This document shows, one piece after another, positions 31,385-41,335 of a stretch of 64,000 bases of DNA. The DNA is from Spirochaetia bacterium. GTDB lineage: Bacteria > Spirochaetota > Spirochaetia > SZUA-6 > Bin103. Positions within the stretch are counted from its first letter, which is position 1, and each line of letters starts with the position of its first letter. The DNA is taken from contig CBDBDQ010000003.1 of assembly GCA_965203905.1 (NCBI GenBank), forward strand, positions 42,777 through 106,776, given 5' to 3'. Below the pieces are notes generated by a model. The model made no database searches and had not been told where the DNA came from. It saw only the letters and a program-made list of their open reading frames with translations. Both the position numbers and the translations under genes were made by a program.

Positions 31385-32108
31385 TTCGGCAGATCCAGAA
31401 GCTCGCTGCCGTGGCCGTCGACAAGCTCTGCCACCGTCTCGGTATCCCACTGTTCTCTCGAAAGCACCATGCCCGGCTTCGGATCCAACGCGGCCGCGGA
31501 GGCCGCGGCCGCCGGGACAGCAGACGCCGTAACAGGCCCGCGGTGTCGGCGATGCCAACGACGACAGCATCTCGCGGGTCTGGAATGTCGTCGCTGAACA
31601 GTACCGCCAGTTATACGCCGCTTCACGTCCCGGTCAGCGGCGAGATCGGCGGTCGGGTACCGCGGCGATGGGAACACCCACAGGAGAACCGCCCCTCGCG
31701 GCGTTGGAGAATGCCCTCACTCGACGATACGTTCCAGTACACAGGCGCGGATGCGCTGGCCTTGATCGGCCGTATGCCGCACTCAGTAACGGGTGTCCCG
31801 CGCCTCTGACGCCTGTGCGATTTACGCGAGTGTCGGATCGAGAAGGTCTGGCGCAGGCGTCGCATCGGCCACGAAGAGCTGTTCGGTCCATGAGAACCGC
31901 ACCCGCCAAGGGAGTAACGCAACGACCAGTCGGGCACCCGCGCGAACTACCAGCTTTCGGCATCCGCCAAGAGCCGCACTACGTAAATCTTGGTTTGGGC
32001 GGGCGGTTCGCAAAGCGCGCTTGGCCGAGCCGATGGAGACATTTGGTCACCACCTGTCAGCGTTCACTGTGTTCCGACCGGCGCCGTGGGCCTCCTCTCG
32101 GTTGGACA

Positions 32109-33902
32109 TTAGTAACCCATTGCTTTCTTCAGTTCATGATCGACCCAAAGTCGACTGAATACAACGTTGTATTGCCCTCGACCTAACGAGGTCTCCCCAT
32201 TAAAACCCTTGATCCACGGCTGGACTACAGCAAACCGTGGCGCGATCGGACCAAACAACATCCAATAGCTATCGATACTATTCTGACCCAACTCTCTCAT
32301 GATGGCGTTCTGCTCCTCGGCAGTAACCGGCTCGACACGTCGCTCCGCATCATCAACCACCGAATAGGTATGCAATGTATTCTGTATCCAGTCCGCGACA
32401 TCAAAAGGGATCCCCTTATGTGCGGCCACCGCACTTATCATCTCGAATTCTCCCCTCTCTAAACGGTGATTATATCCTTCCTTGTCCAACATGACAACTT
32501 CAGCATCTACGTCGATCCCACTCCAGTATTCGGAAAGCAATTCCAGGTATTGCAAATCGAACACTCCTGAAGAAACCAACTCAGTCCGAAAGCCATCTGG
32601 ATATCCTGCCTCGATGAGTAGCTGTTTGGCGCGATCACGATCAAATCTATAGCCGTCCTTCACCGGATCGCTCCACTCTTCGAATGGAACGATTGCTTCT
32701 GCAAGCGTCCTACTAAACAGTCCTTGCGGAACTGTGTCTGCATGACCGCCGTACAACCTGTCGTTGGCCTGCTCAACATCTATCGCCATCTGCATTGCCA
32801 TTCGCACTCTAATATCGCTAAATGGCGCGCGCTGAGTGTTTATCCCAACAGCATTCTCTGACCGTACGTAAAACACATGAGGCATGAGATGTCGGTGCTG
32901 GACCAGAAAGCCCTCAAGAACATGAAGGTCTTTTAGTTGAGAGTTTCCGATAGGACCAACGTAATCTATCTTTGCCGTACTAAGCGCTGCCAGACGGCTT
33001 TGCTCGTCCACAAGAACGAGCGCCCTCAACTCATCGATATACGGCAAACGTCTGTTGTCCGCATCGAAGCCCCAGTAGTTGGGATTTCTTAACCAAGTAA
33101 TCGAGCTTCCTTCTACCCAGTCAGTCAGAACAAACGGGCCGGTTCCTAGGAGATTCTTCCAATCCGCTACATCACCGAACTCTTCGATAACCTCCGGCGG
33201 ATATATCCAGGAGCTCCAGCCGTCGAATAAAAGGCGGAACGCGTGAGGATTAGGCTCCTCTAAACTGAACACAACTGTGTATCTGTCGGTTGCCTCGACA
33301 GATGCAAAATTCAGTCGATTTATGTCATACTTCAGTTTGTCATCGCCGAGACCTAAAATGCGATGGAAGTTGTATGCGACATCATAAGCGGTAAGTTCGC
33401 GTCCGTTAAGTGGCGCCTTGTCATGCCATTGAACCTCCCTACGAACACTGACAACGTAAGTTCGCGGATCACGCTGCTCCCAGCTCTCCGCCAAGGCACC
33501 GGCTGTGTGCTCCTCGTGGTTGAGCACCTGAAAGTCGAAAAGGTCGCGTCCTAACGCCCAGTTTGCAATTCCCAGTTTCTCAACAACTCCCGAAATGTAG
33601 ATATACGCAAATTGAGAAAGGAGCATATCAGTACCTCTGTTATTGTGTGCTAGAGCGAACGTGATTACACCGCTGTGATTCACCGTTGTCGGGTCCCATT
33701 CGCATGGCGATGAACAACGCCAATTGCAGCAGTCCGTAAAACAAGCATCCGACGAGCAGTAGACACCGTCATCGCGCTCCTCATCGCCGCTTGCACACAA
33801 TACGGTGGTCACACAGAAAAAACATGCAACAAGAGCCGTCTGAGTGTTATTCAGCAGAAATCTCATCGAGAAACTAGGATGATCCGCCATCATTATACAC
33901 AC
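32109..33902 (-). CDS. orphan ABC transporter substrate-binding protein, family 5 (start uncertain)
   Basis: LAESWE, WHDKAPLNGRELTA, GTGPF, PFSDIRVRMAM, AKQLLIEAGYPDGF; lower GC; no permease nearby. Confidence 0.88.
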   Translation of the reverse strand: MCIMMADHPSFSMRFLLNNTQTALVACFFCVTTVLCASGDEERDDGVYCSSDACFTDCCNWRCSSPCEWDPTTVNHSGVITFALAHNNRGTDMLLSQFAYIYISGVVEKLGIANWALGRDLFDFQVLNHEEHTAGALAESWEQRDPRTYVVSVRREVQWHDKAPLNGRELTAYDVAYNFHRILGLGDDKLKYDINRLNFASVEATDRYTVVFSLEEPNPHAFRLLFDGWSSWIYPPEVIEEFGDVADWKNLLGTGPFVLTDWVEGSSITWLRNPNYWGFDADNRRLPYIDELRALVLVDEQSRLAALSTAKIDYVGPIGNSQLKDLHVLEGFLVQHRHLMPHVFYVRSENAVGINTQRAPFSDIRVRMAMQMAIDVEQANDRLYGGHADTVPQGLFSRTLAEAIVPFEEWSDPVKDGYRFDRDRAKQLLIEAGYPDGFRTELVSSGVFDLQYLELLSEYWSGIDVDAEVVMLDKEGYNHRLERGEFEMISAVAAHKGIPFDVADWIQNTLHTYSVVDDAERRVEPVTAEEQNAIMRELGQNSIDSYWMLFGPIAPRFAVVQPWIKGFNGETSLGRGQYNVVFSRLWVDHELKKAMGY

Positions 33903-34711
33903 CTATAATATGATCATTATCGATTCGAAGTACCTTGGGGGCGTCATTTTTGTTCTTGCCATACCAGTTGTAGACTAACAGAAATGTGTCATAGGGGCCC
34001 CGCCATAGTAGACTAATTTTAGCGTCAAGAGGGTATCTCTGTATCATACGAAAGAGACGACCGAATTCAGTGTTAGGAACGGACGTAAGGTCGTCTGAAA
34101 TGCTCGTTCTAAAAAGGACTTCGACGGCGGTTGGATTCTCATCTGTCAACTTCTAAAAAAGCCTGGTAATGCCCCGCTCCTTTTGAAATGAAGTAGGCAG
34201 AATAAAACAATAGAGACCACATACATATCTTCAACACCAATTTACCGGTAGTGGAGCAAAACGGGCGCCGTAGCGGATGTTGTATACTGCACCGTCTCTT
34301 GGCAAAGAACAACCAGTAAGCCAGACAATACAGAACCAAGAAGCACAATATAACGCCCATTCCGAGAAATACGTACATGTACACATCCCGAATACTAAGA
34401 TCCGGTAATCTTCCTATTACGGAAAAGGTATGAACGAATACGGTGTAGTCATTCGTGGTAAGGCTCGATCGCGGCACACCAAACCGAGCGAAGTACTCAT
34501 TCCGATACCACCAGCCGGAAAAGTAGATGAGTGCGAGAAGAAATAGCCAGTCGGTTGGTGTTGTTCGTCTCACGGAATCGTGCCCGCATAGACGACGTCT
34601 ATTCATCTGTAATATGTAGCGTCGTCCTCTTCGAAAAAGCCGTCTTGGGGGATTGCTCCAGAATGGGGAGTCGCGATGCCGTGCTTGATCAGCCGCAGTA
34701 GATTCTCTCAT
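33874..34711 (-). CDS. hypothetical membrane protein in two frames (34139..34711 and 33874..34149)
   Basis: TM segments (LALIYFSGWWYRNEYFARFGV); low GC. Confidence 0.5.
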
Positions 34712-34804
34712 CAGTGATTCTAAGCTTAGCCGTGTTGGGGAGATTCGTCCAGAGGTCGACGGTTCGTCAAGAGCAGTGTGGATCCCACCGCCGAGTGACC
34801 TGCC

Positions 34805-34832
34805 ACTACCGATAATTCACACTCTGTCGCCT
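34805..34832 (+). other. dif-like site S7
   Basis: ACTACCGATAA-TTCACA-CTCTGTCGCCT after CGCCGAGTGACCTGCC. Confidence 0.7.
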
Positions 34833-35317
34833 CACCCCGCGGGGGGATCGCCGCGAGCCTTGACCCCGTGGCACCAGTCGAGGATGGTGACGCCTGTGAC
34901 CACGGACGAATGGGAGTGGAACTTGACCGGGTGACGATGCGGCAGATAGCGATCCGCGTAGGCCACAGCTGGACCAGTTCTACTACTTCCACCTGGACGA
35001 GTATGAGGTCTACCGGCGCTGGGAGAGAGTGCTGAAACGTCGCGCAGCAGCGATTGAGCGAGAACACGACCGGAGCGCGGCGTTCGCCGAGGCAGCCCAC
35101 GCCAGCCGGACTTCCGGTAAGACTTGGCCGGTCGGCCAAATTTGAACGGCACGACTCATGAAGGACTTCTGGCCGAATTCTGTTCAGGCAGCGGACCCGG
35201 AAAGCGATCGCACGGCGCCAGCTCGCCGGTGCATAGGGGACGCGGCACCGTGACGCGAGCGCAAAAGCGCGCTCGGGACGCCGCCGAGCAGGCTTACGCC
35301 GAACGCACCTTGATTGC

Positions 35318-36130
35318 TTGCGCGCTACGCGACTTCGAGGCAGCCCGGCGACTACCCCGCGCGTCCACCCGTTGATGTTCGTGTCGCCGGAGCGCGGGCG
35401 CTGCTGGGCGGCGCTGACCCTGGTGGCGGAGAGGAACACCCCCGCGCCACCGCCTCCACACTTGCTCGCCGCGGTGGGCGCCGAGCTCGCCGACGATGCG
35501 CCCGGCGTGGCCGCCTTACGCGGCGTCCCGGTGCACCGCGCCGAGACGCTCGACGGCACCTACTTCGCCCACCGCGTGGCCGACGCGCACAAGCGCCGAG
35601 TGTGGCGCCGGCGGATACGCAACGCGCACCGGTACGACTGGGGTTATGACTGGCGTGAAGCGCAAGCCGAGGCGCATAGGCGATCCGGCGCCAAGGCCGG
35701 GAATATCGCCAGCCAGTGTGCTGCAGATGCGGACCGCCGCGACCTGGCGCCGCTCTACCGTGCTGATGCCGAGCACCACGCTGCCGAGGCCGAACGGCTG
35801 GAGCGCGACGTAGCGGCCGCGCGCGCCCAGCGCCTCCTAGTGCGCCGGCGGTGGCGGATCGCGGGCCGGATCGCGGGCCGGATCGCGGGCGGTTGCGGCG
35901 CTGTGCTGCTGGTGCTGACGTTCGTGTCGCGCTGGCATTTGGACCTGCGCCGCGTGGTCAGCACCCCGTTGTCCGGTTTCGTGGTAGTGGCGTTCCTGGT
36001 AGGTGTCTTCCTGGTATCGTTCGGCGCCGAGGAAGGCGACCGGCGGTTCATGCTGGGCGGTGCGCTGCTGGCCGTGGGCGCGGCGGCACTGTTCGGCGCT
36101 TGGTGGTGCTGGTGGTGGTGCGCTCGATGA
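35318..36130 (+). CDS. hypothetical membrane protein
   Basis: Three C-terminal TM helices; 12-bp GGATCGCGGGCC (RIAG) x3 microrepeat. Confidence 0.5.
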   Translation: MRATRLRGSPATTPRVHPLMFVSPERGRCWAALTLVAERNTPAPPPPHLLAAVGAELADDAPGVAALRGVPVHRAETLDGTYFAHRVADAHKRRVWRRRIRNAHRYDWGYDWREAQAEAHRRSGAKAGNIASQCAADADRRDLAPLYRADAEHHAAEAERLERDVAAARAQRLLVRRRWRIAGRIAGRIAGGCGAVLLVLTFVSRWHLDLRRVVSTPLSGFVVVAFLVGVFLVSFGAEEGDRRFMLGGALLAVGAAALFGAWWCWWWCAR

Positions 36131-36219
36131 ACGACTCAGCCTACGCGGTAGCGCGCAGCGTCCGGTAAACGGGTGTTCTGCGAGGCTTGACGCCGCGCCA
36201 GTCGAGAATGGTTACGCCT

Positions 36220-36600
36220 GTGAGGGCTGACCGGCCGGGCGGCACCGTGCCCGCACCCGAGTACATCGAGACGGCCGACTACTTCGCCAAGGCGCTTGAG
36301 CTGTGCGGCCCCGGTGCCTGGATCACAGTCCAGGGTGCCATCCAGGTCATGCTGCAAATCGGTTGGAACACCATCGTCAAGGAGAAGGAGAAGGCAGTCT
36401 ACTCTGCGGTCTACAAGAGGATGCGGAAGACCAGGCGTCATCCAGCGCTCGCGTTGCCGATCGACATGAGCCGCAGCCGCGACGGCCTCTGGTGTAACCG
36501 TCCGGCTCTCTCGCTGCCACTTCCGGGAAGGCAATTTCTGACTACATGCTTCGGCGTCAAGGGGATACCTTCGCCAAGCGTCGCACAACGGCCAGAGTGA
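36220..36600 (+). CDS. hypothetical winged-helix-like protein, paralogue of 1..358
   Basis: ETADYFAKALELCGPGAWITVQGAIQVMLQIGW...KAVYSAVYKRMR...LALP. Confidence 0.55.
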   Translation: MRADRPGGTVPAPEYIETADYFAKALELCGPGAWITVQGAIQVMLQIGWNTIVKEKEKAVYSAVYKRMRKTRRHPALALPIDMSRSRDGLWCNRPALSLPLPGRQFLTTCFGVKGIPSPSVAQRPE

Positions 36601-37342
36601 TGCGCGCATCGCCAGCGGCGCTGTGTGCATCAGAAGTCGGCACACCCCTGCACTCGGCGGCCTCTTCCAGATTCGACCATGCCGTGTCCCGGCCATGAGT
36701 GTCCGCCTCAGCTTGCATCGCACAGCGCCAGGGCACTGCCGGTAGTATCATCCCGTGGCGCGCGGCGGTCTGTTCCAGCATGCTCCGGTCAAACTCGGCG
36801 TTCCAAGCAATCACCGACGAGGCATTTTCCAACAGCCGCGCCAACTCGGCGTGTACTGCGGGCCATGGCCGTGCTCCCATAGCCCGCAGTCGTGCACGGG
36901 TCAACCCGTGCACATCGCTGGCATCGCGTGGGATCGGCCCTTGCGGCAGACTCACGGTATTGAGAAGCACACACCCCGTGGTGTCGATCACGGCCACCTC
37001 CAGCACTTCGCTACGCCGGCCCAATCCGGTAGTCTCCGTGTCGATTACAAACACATCTCTACGATCCAGCAGCTCCCCAAGTGTCTCGGCCTGCCAAGGT
37101 GCTCGCGCCTTGCGTGAGTCCTGCGAAGCAGCCCTGACCGGCTCCGGGTCAGGGGACGGCGCGGGGGTGGGTTTCGGGCTAGGTTCGGATGAATCCCAAG
37201 GGATCCCGCCTGATTTCCAAGGTGCCGTCGCCCGTTGTGCCGGAGTACTCGTAGGCTTCACCTGCCGCAAGGCAGACCGGGTGAGCCCATAGAGCAGTAG
37301 CACGAATCCACCCAGGATCAACACGCTAAGGACTATGCCCAT
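36557..37342 (-). CDS. DEDDh 3'-5' exonuclease with N-terminal TM anchor
   Basis: VIDTETTG, AWNAEFDR, HSAAGDA. Confidence 0.9.
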   Translation of the reverse strand: MGIVLSVLILGGFVLLLYGLTRSALRQVKPTSTPAQRATAPWKSGGIPWDSSEPSPKPTPAPSPDPEPVRAASQDSRKARAPWQAETLGELLDRRDVFVIDTETTGLGRRSEVLEVAVIDTTGCVLLNTVSLPQGPIPRDASDVHGLTRARLRAMGARPWPAVHAELARLLENASSVIAWNAEFDRSMLEQTAARHGMILPAVPWRCAMQAEADTHGRDTAWSNLEEAAECRGVPTSDAHSAAGDARITLAVVRRLAKVSP

Positions 37343-37480
37343 CCAGCTATCTTACTACGAGTGCGCTCCGCCGAAGAGCTGCACGGAAAGCGACCCGCTC
37401 GGGTGAGGCGTTTCCGACACCTCGTCGCCGTTCATGGACTCGTTGCCCTTGCAGCCGTGAAGCCGTCCATCTATCTGCCA

Positions 37481-37508
37481 ACGTCCGGTAACTGCCGTTC
37501 TGTCGCCT
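37481..37508 (+). other. dif-like site S10
   Basis: ACGTCCGGTAA-CTGCCG-TTCTGTCGCCT. Confidence 0.7.
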
Positions 37509-37770
37509 CTCCCGTGGACGGTCGCCAGTCGGCCGCGGTGCCGCCTTCGGTAGTCCGCTTCACCGGCGGCTACAACGCTATCTGCTCGTCGCGCTGGAAG
37601 CCGGTCCACCGGACGCTTCCCGTGCCGTGGCGATGCACGTTGGCCGTTGTCGTGTGCCCCAGCCAACGCTCACGCATCCGCGTTTGATTCGAGGGTGATA
37701 GTTGCGATACTACCGGCCAGCGACGAGGACAACGCCAGCGTCCTCCTACATAGCGCCTAAGGGAGAGGTG

Positions 37771-38350
37771 ATGAGTGCTGGAACCATAGATGTTCGCCGG
37801 TCCGTGGGCCTGTTGGGCTTCGCGTTCCCTTTCGTGATGATGCTCGTAGGGATGTGGCGCTTCAGAGTGCCGATACCCTACGCACTCAGCTCTTACTACC
37901 ACACGCCGCTGGCCCTGCTGTTCGCAGGATTCATGGTCGCCATCGGCCTCGGACTAGTGGCGTAAAAAGGATACCCCGAGGCCCGTCACGAGGATTGGAT
38001 CAGCAGTCTGGCGGGCGTCGCGGCGATCTGCGTAGGAATGTTTCCGCCGCGCGAACACAGTGACGACTCTTTTTCCGTACTCAACGGGATTCACGCCGTC
38101 AGCGCCGTGGTAACGATGGCGCTCATGTGTTACTTCACCTGCCAGTTTCAGCAGGGAAACGAGCGTGTGGGAAAGAAGCAAGCACGCAACAGAGTCTACA
38201 AAGTATGCTTGTGGATCATGGTTCGGGGGCTACTCGCATCAATTGTCCTCAGTTGGCAGCGCGAACACGCGGAGCGATGGGTTGCTTGTGCGGTGACCAT
38301 CTCCGAGGTGCTTACGATTTTGCCCTTCGCCTTGGTAATAATATCGTTGA
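37771..38350 (+). pseudogene. DUF998-like multi-TM protein with internal stop
   Basis: LSSYYHT...GLVA*KGY; reading continues in frame after the TAA. Confidence 0.55.
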
Positions 38351-38510
38351 TTGAGTGGATCGCATGGTCACCCATGCCGGCGTATAGGTATGCAGGGGCC
38401 TACGGAGCCAGCTCGGCGACCAGGTCGCGTGCCCGCCGGACATCGCCCCGCGCCCTGGCCTCCCCGATACAGCAGGTCGACCAACTCGTCGAACGTCGGC
38501 CAGTCGGGTG

Positions 38511-38930
38511 TCAGAGAGGTTCCGGCGTCTGGGTCCAGTTCGACAGGACCACGCGGATCAACAGGTTCAGCAGCATCGGAAGCAGCAATTTCCAAATGAA
38601 GGCACCGAGGATCGACAACCCAACAACCCCAAAAATACGGCCTATCACTATCTCGACTATGCTGATGCGGTCTTCTATGGTGAGAGGCTTACCGTCGCCG
38701 GGGTCGTTTGTCGGCAGGGCAGCCTCCATGATGCGCTTGCGGCGCCTACGGCGGTCTGCCCATATCACGGTGCCAACCGCAAGCATGCCTACCGCCGCCA
38801 CAGCCTGCACCCACTCGGCCGCATGGAGTGGCGGTCCCGACACCGAAGTTTTCGGCTGGGATTCGTCCGCGGCCATCCCTACCGTGGCGACCAGTACCGC
38901 CAGTGCTGCCACGACCATGGAACGTCTCAT
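38511..38930 (-). CDS. small membrane protein
   Basis: Signal peptide plus two TM segments; GGAGG RBS. Confidence 0.55.
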   Translation of the reverse strand: MRRSMVVAALAVLVATVGMAADESQPKTSVSGPPLHAAEWVQAVAAVGMLAVGTVIWADRRRRRKRIMEAALPTNDPGDGKPLTIEDRISIVEIVIGRIFGVVGLSILGAFIWKLLLPMLLNLLIRVVLSNWTQTPEPL

Positions 38931-39013
38931 CGTTCCCTCCTTCCGCCCCGTGGCGGCCAGTTGAAACAAGTTGCCGTTGACAGGGGTGCGACGGAACTGC
39001 GAGGCTCCACCTA

Positions 39014-39262
39014 TTATGGCTGAGAGAACCGATCGTCCTCGACCGCCCTACGAATTGTCGCGACGAGCATCCGAAGGTCTCCTTCGTATGAGAGAGTCCC
39101 GGACGTTGTGCTAACGATTGACACGCGTCGTCTAAGAGACGCAGTAAACCATCTGGCGTCCTTTCCTCCACCGGCAACTCCCCGACCGACCTGATCATCC
39201 ATACTACGGCCGCCACGAAGTCGGATGCTGCCTCCGGGCTGGGCCGCAATTCCAAACCTCAC
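39014..39262 (-). CDS. hypothetical protein
   Basis: Short ORFs in two overlapping frames; frame uncertain. Confidence 0.3.
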   Translation of the reverse strand: MRFGIAAQPGGSIRLRGGRSMDDQVGRGVAGGGKDARWFTASLRRRVSIVSTTSGTLSYEGDLRMLVATIRRAVEDDRFSQP

Positions 39263-39303
39263 CCCTGCACAAATGCTATCATTTTTCGAACGTCGGTGTC
39301 AAT

Positions 39304-39957
39304 TCACTGCCCGAACGTCACCTCGACGCCCCGCGCCTTGCTGCGGGCTTCCAGCACCCTGACTTCTCCCCGGTAGAGCCGGACGGTCGGGAAGGGAACG
39401 TCGCTCAGCGTGCTCCAGAGCTTCACCATGTCGGTCGCGGTCTGTCTTGCCTGTAGGCGATCCGCCAGCAACTCCCGTGCGTGCGACTCCCTCACCCAGA
39501 GGTTCAGCAGCGCGCCGTCCGCGCCCAGCCCCTCGAAGAAGCCGGCCTCGAACGCGCCGCAGAACAACAGCGCGGCCGTCAGGTTGGCTTGGCCGCGTGC
39601 GAGGATCAGCCTACAGCTTTCATCCTCCTGCTCGATCAGTTCAGAGGGTGAGGTCGTTCCAGTGGGTGGCGGGGCCGGCGTCTCAGCCGGCTTGGGCTCG
39701 GCCTTCGGTTCACCGACCGGCTCCGGCTCCGACGCAGCTTTCTGCTCTGGATCGGGGTCCTGATCGGCGGCGACCTCCTGTGGTGCGCTCGCTACCTCGG
39801 TTTCTTCTTCCTCCGGATCGTCCGTCGTCACCACGATGACGGCGATCAGCACAAGGACCGTCCACAACCCTCCCACCGTGACCATCAGGGTGGTCCGTAG
39901 CCGCGACGGCTTCTTCGGTTTGTTCCCTTTGAGTGCCGGCGCTTCGTTGTCGCCCAT
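39304..39957 (-). CDS. single-pass membrane protein with Pro/Glu-rich linker
   Basis: GGAGGT RBS; TM LMVTVGGLWTVLVLIAVIVV. Confidence 0.65.
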   Translation of the reverse strand: MGDNEAPALKGNKPKKPSRLRTTLMVTVGGLWTVLVLIAVIVVTTDDPEEEETEVASAPQEVAADQDPDPEQKAASEPEPVGEPKAEPKPAETPAPPPTGTTSPSELIEQEDESCRLILARGQANLTAALLFCGAFEAGFFEGLGADGALLNLWVRESHARELLADRLQARQTATDMVKLWSTLSDVPFPTVRLYRGEVRVLEARSKARGVEVTFGQ

Positions 39958-40039
39958 GCGAACCTCCGGTTGGGCGACGGGAGCGAAGCAGAGGGATGCG
40001 AAGCAGAGCAGGAGAAGCAAGGCGGTCGACGCCCGTGGG

Positions 40040-40280
40040 TCTGGAGCACAACTTCGGCCACGGCCACCAGCATCTGTCAGAGGCGTTGTTCGTGCTCAAT
40101 TTGCTCGCTTTCTTCATGCACCAGATTTTTGAACTGGTGGATGGCCTGTATCAGCGCGTGCGCACCTTCTTCAGTTCCCGGCGCGCGTTCTGGGACGAGG
40201 TGCGCTCCGCCTTCCGGCTGTTTCTGTTCAGCTCCTGGGACCAGGTGCTCGTGCGCATGAACTTGCCCCCGCAGCCGTTG
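40040..40280 (+). pseudogene. ISNCY-type transposase C-terminal remnant
   Basis: LEHNFGHGHQHLS...LNLLAFFMHQI...SRRAFW. Confidence 0.7.
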
Positions 40281-40650
40281 CCCCCGTATCAGGACCGCTA
40301 GTGGCTGCCCGCTCCGAGTTGTGCCGCGGCGGCCACTCGACTTCCCGCGTACCGACAACGATGCAACGCACCTGCGCGGGGATCGGTATGCGCCATGCCG
40401 CGCCCACAACGGGTCGCTCAACCGAGCCGACCCGGAATCCGCTCGTTCGACGCCCGCTGGCTCGTTCTGTCGAAGTGCCCTCGCCACCACTTGGCCGTGT
40501 CGGCCCCCAGACTTTCTTTCCAGGCCGCCAACTGCCCCTCACCGAGAACTGCTGGGGACGATCCTGAAGGGTTGACGGCCGGCTGCCGCTATGGGCATTG
40601 ATTGCGTTGACCGCTCGGTCCAGAGAGGCCGTTGCCAAGAGGGGACAACC

Positions 40651-41009
40651 ATGGCACTACGCAAAGGCCATCTACTCACGATGGCGTACGACCACGACGC
40701 TACGCGGTACCGCTATCCAGAGGACGTGGCCGATCTCCGGCCATGAAGGGGATCTACATGATCCTTGACGGCGAGGACAGCTGCATCTATGTCGGCAAGG
40801 CCGACGGCGAGACGATCCGTTCGCGACTACAGAGTGATGTGCGAGGGGATGACGAGAAGAACACCCGCTGCATCAACGGCTACTCTCCAGCGAAGTTCAT
40901 CTTCGTGACGGAAGACCAGATCACGAACGCGACGATCGCCGATCTCGAATCCCTTTTCATCCAAGACTATTGGAGTGATGGCCAAGCCCGCTGTAATGAC
41001 AGACGGTAG
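40651..41009 (+). CDS. small GIY-YIG nuclease (probable frameshift near 40738; ATG 40743 is in frame)
   Basis: KGIYMILD...IYVGKA...IRSRL...LESLFI...CN. Confidence 0.75.
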
Positions 41010-41017
41010 TCGCCTCT

Positions 41018-41296
41018 CTACCACCTATCTCGCTGCGACATCGCTCTCCCGACGTGCAGGGCTTGCGGCGGCTTCTCCTTGTTACGGACATCTCGGAGTC
41101 GATTGAGTTCCCGAATGGCTGCAGCAGCGTGTTGATATGCTAAGCGGGCAACCAATTCCGGCTCGGTGACCGACCCGTTGGCAAGCAGGCCCTGGATGGC
41201 TGCTGCTACAAAGAGCTGGCCATCATCCTTAGACGGGACGATCTCATCCGCTACTTCGATGTCGAGGTTCTCCATTGCGGTGTTGAGGTTCTCCAT
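41018..41296 (-). CDS. phage-like hypothetical protein
   Basis: FVAAAIQGLLAN...VARLAYQHA; GGAGG RBS. Confidence 0.6.
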   Translation of the reverse strand: MENLNTAMENLDIEVADEIVPSKDDGQLFVAAAIQGLLANGSVTEPELVARLAYQHAAAAIRELNRLRDVRNKEKPPQALHVGRAMSQRDRW

Positions 41297-41335
41297 GCTA
41301 CCACCTCCCGTGATCAGACCTGAGGGCCGCCATGG

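Noticed and set aside
27076-37508. CRISPR array or classical integron attC array
   Set aside because: Spacing is hundreds to thousands of bp, there are no cas genes, no GTTRRRY/RYYYAAC long palindromes, and the recombinase lacks an evident IntI insertion.
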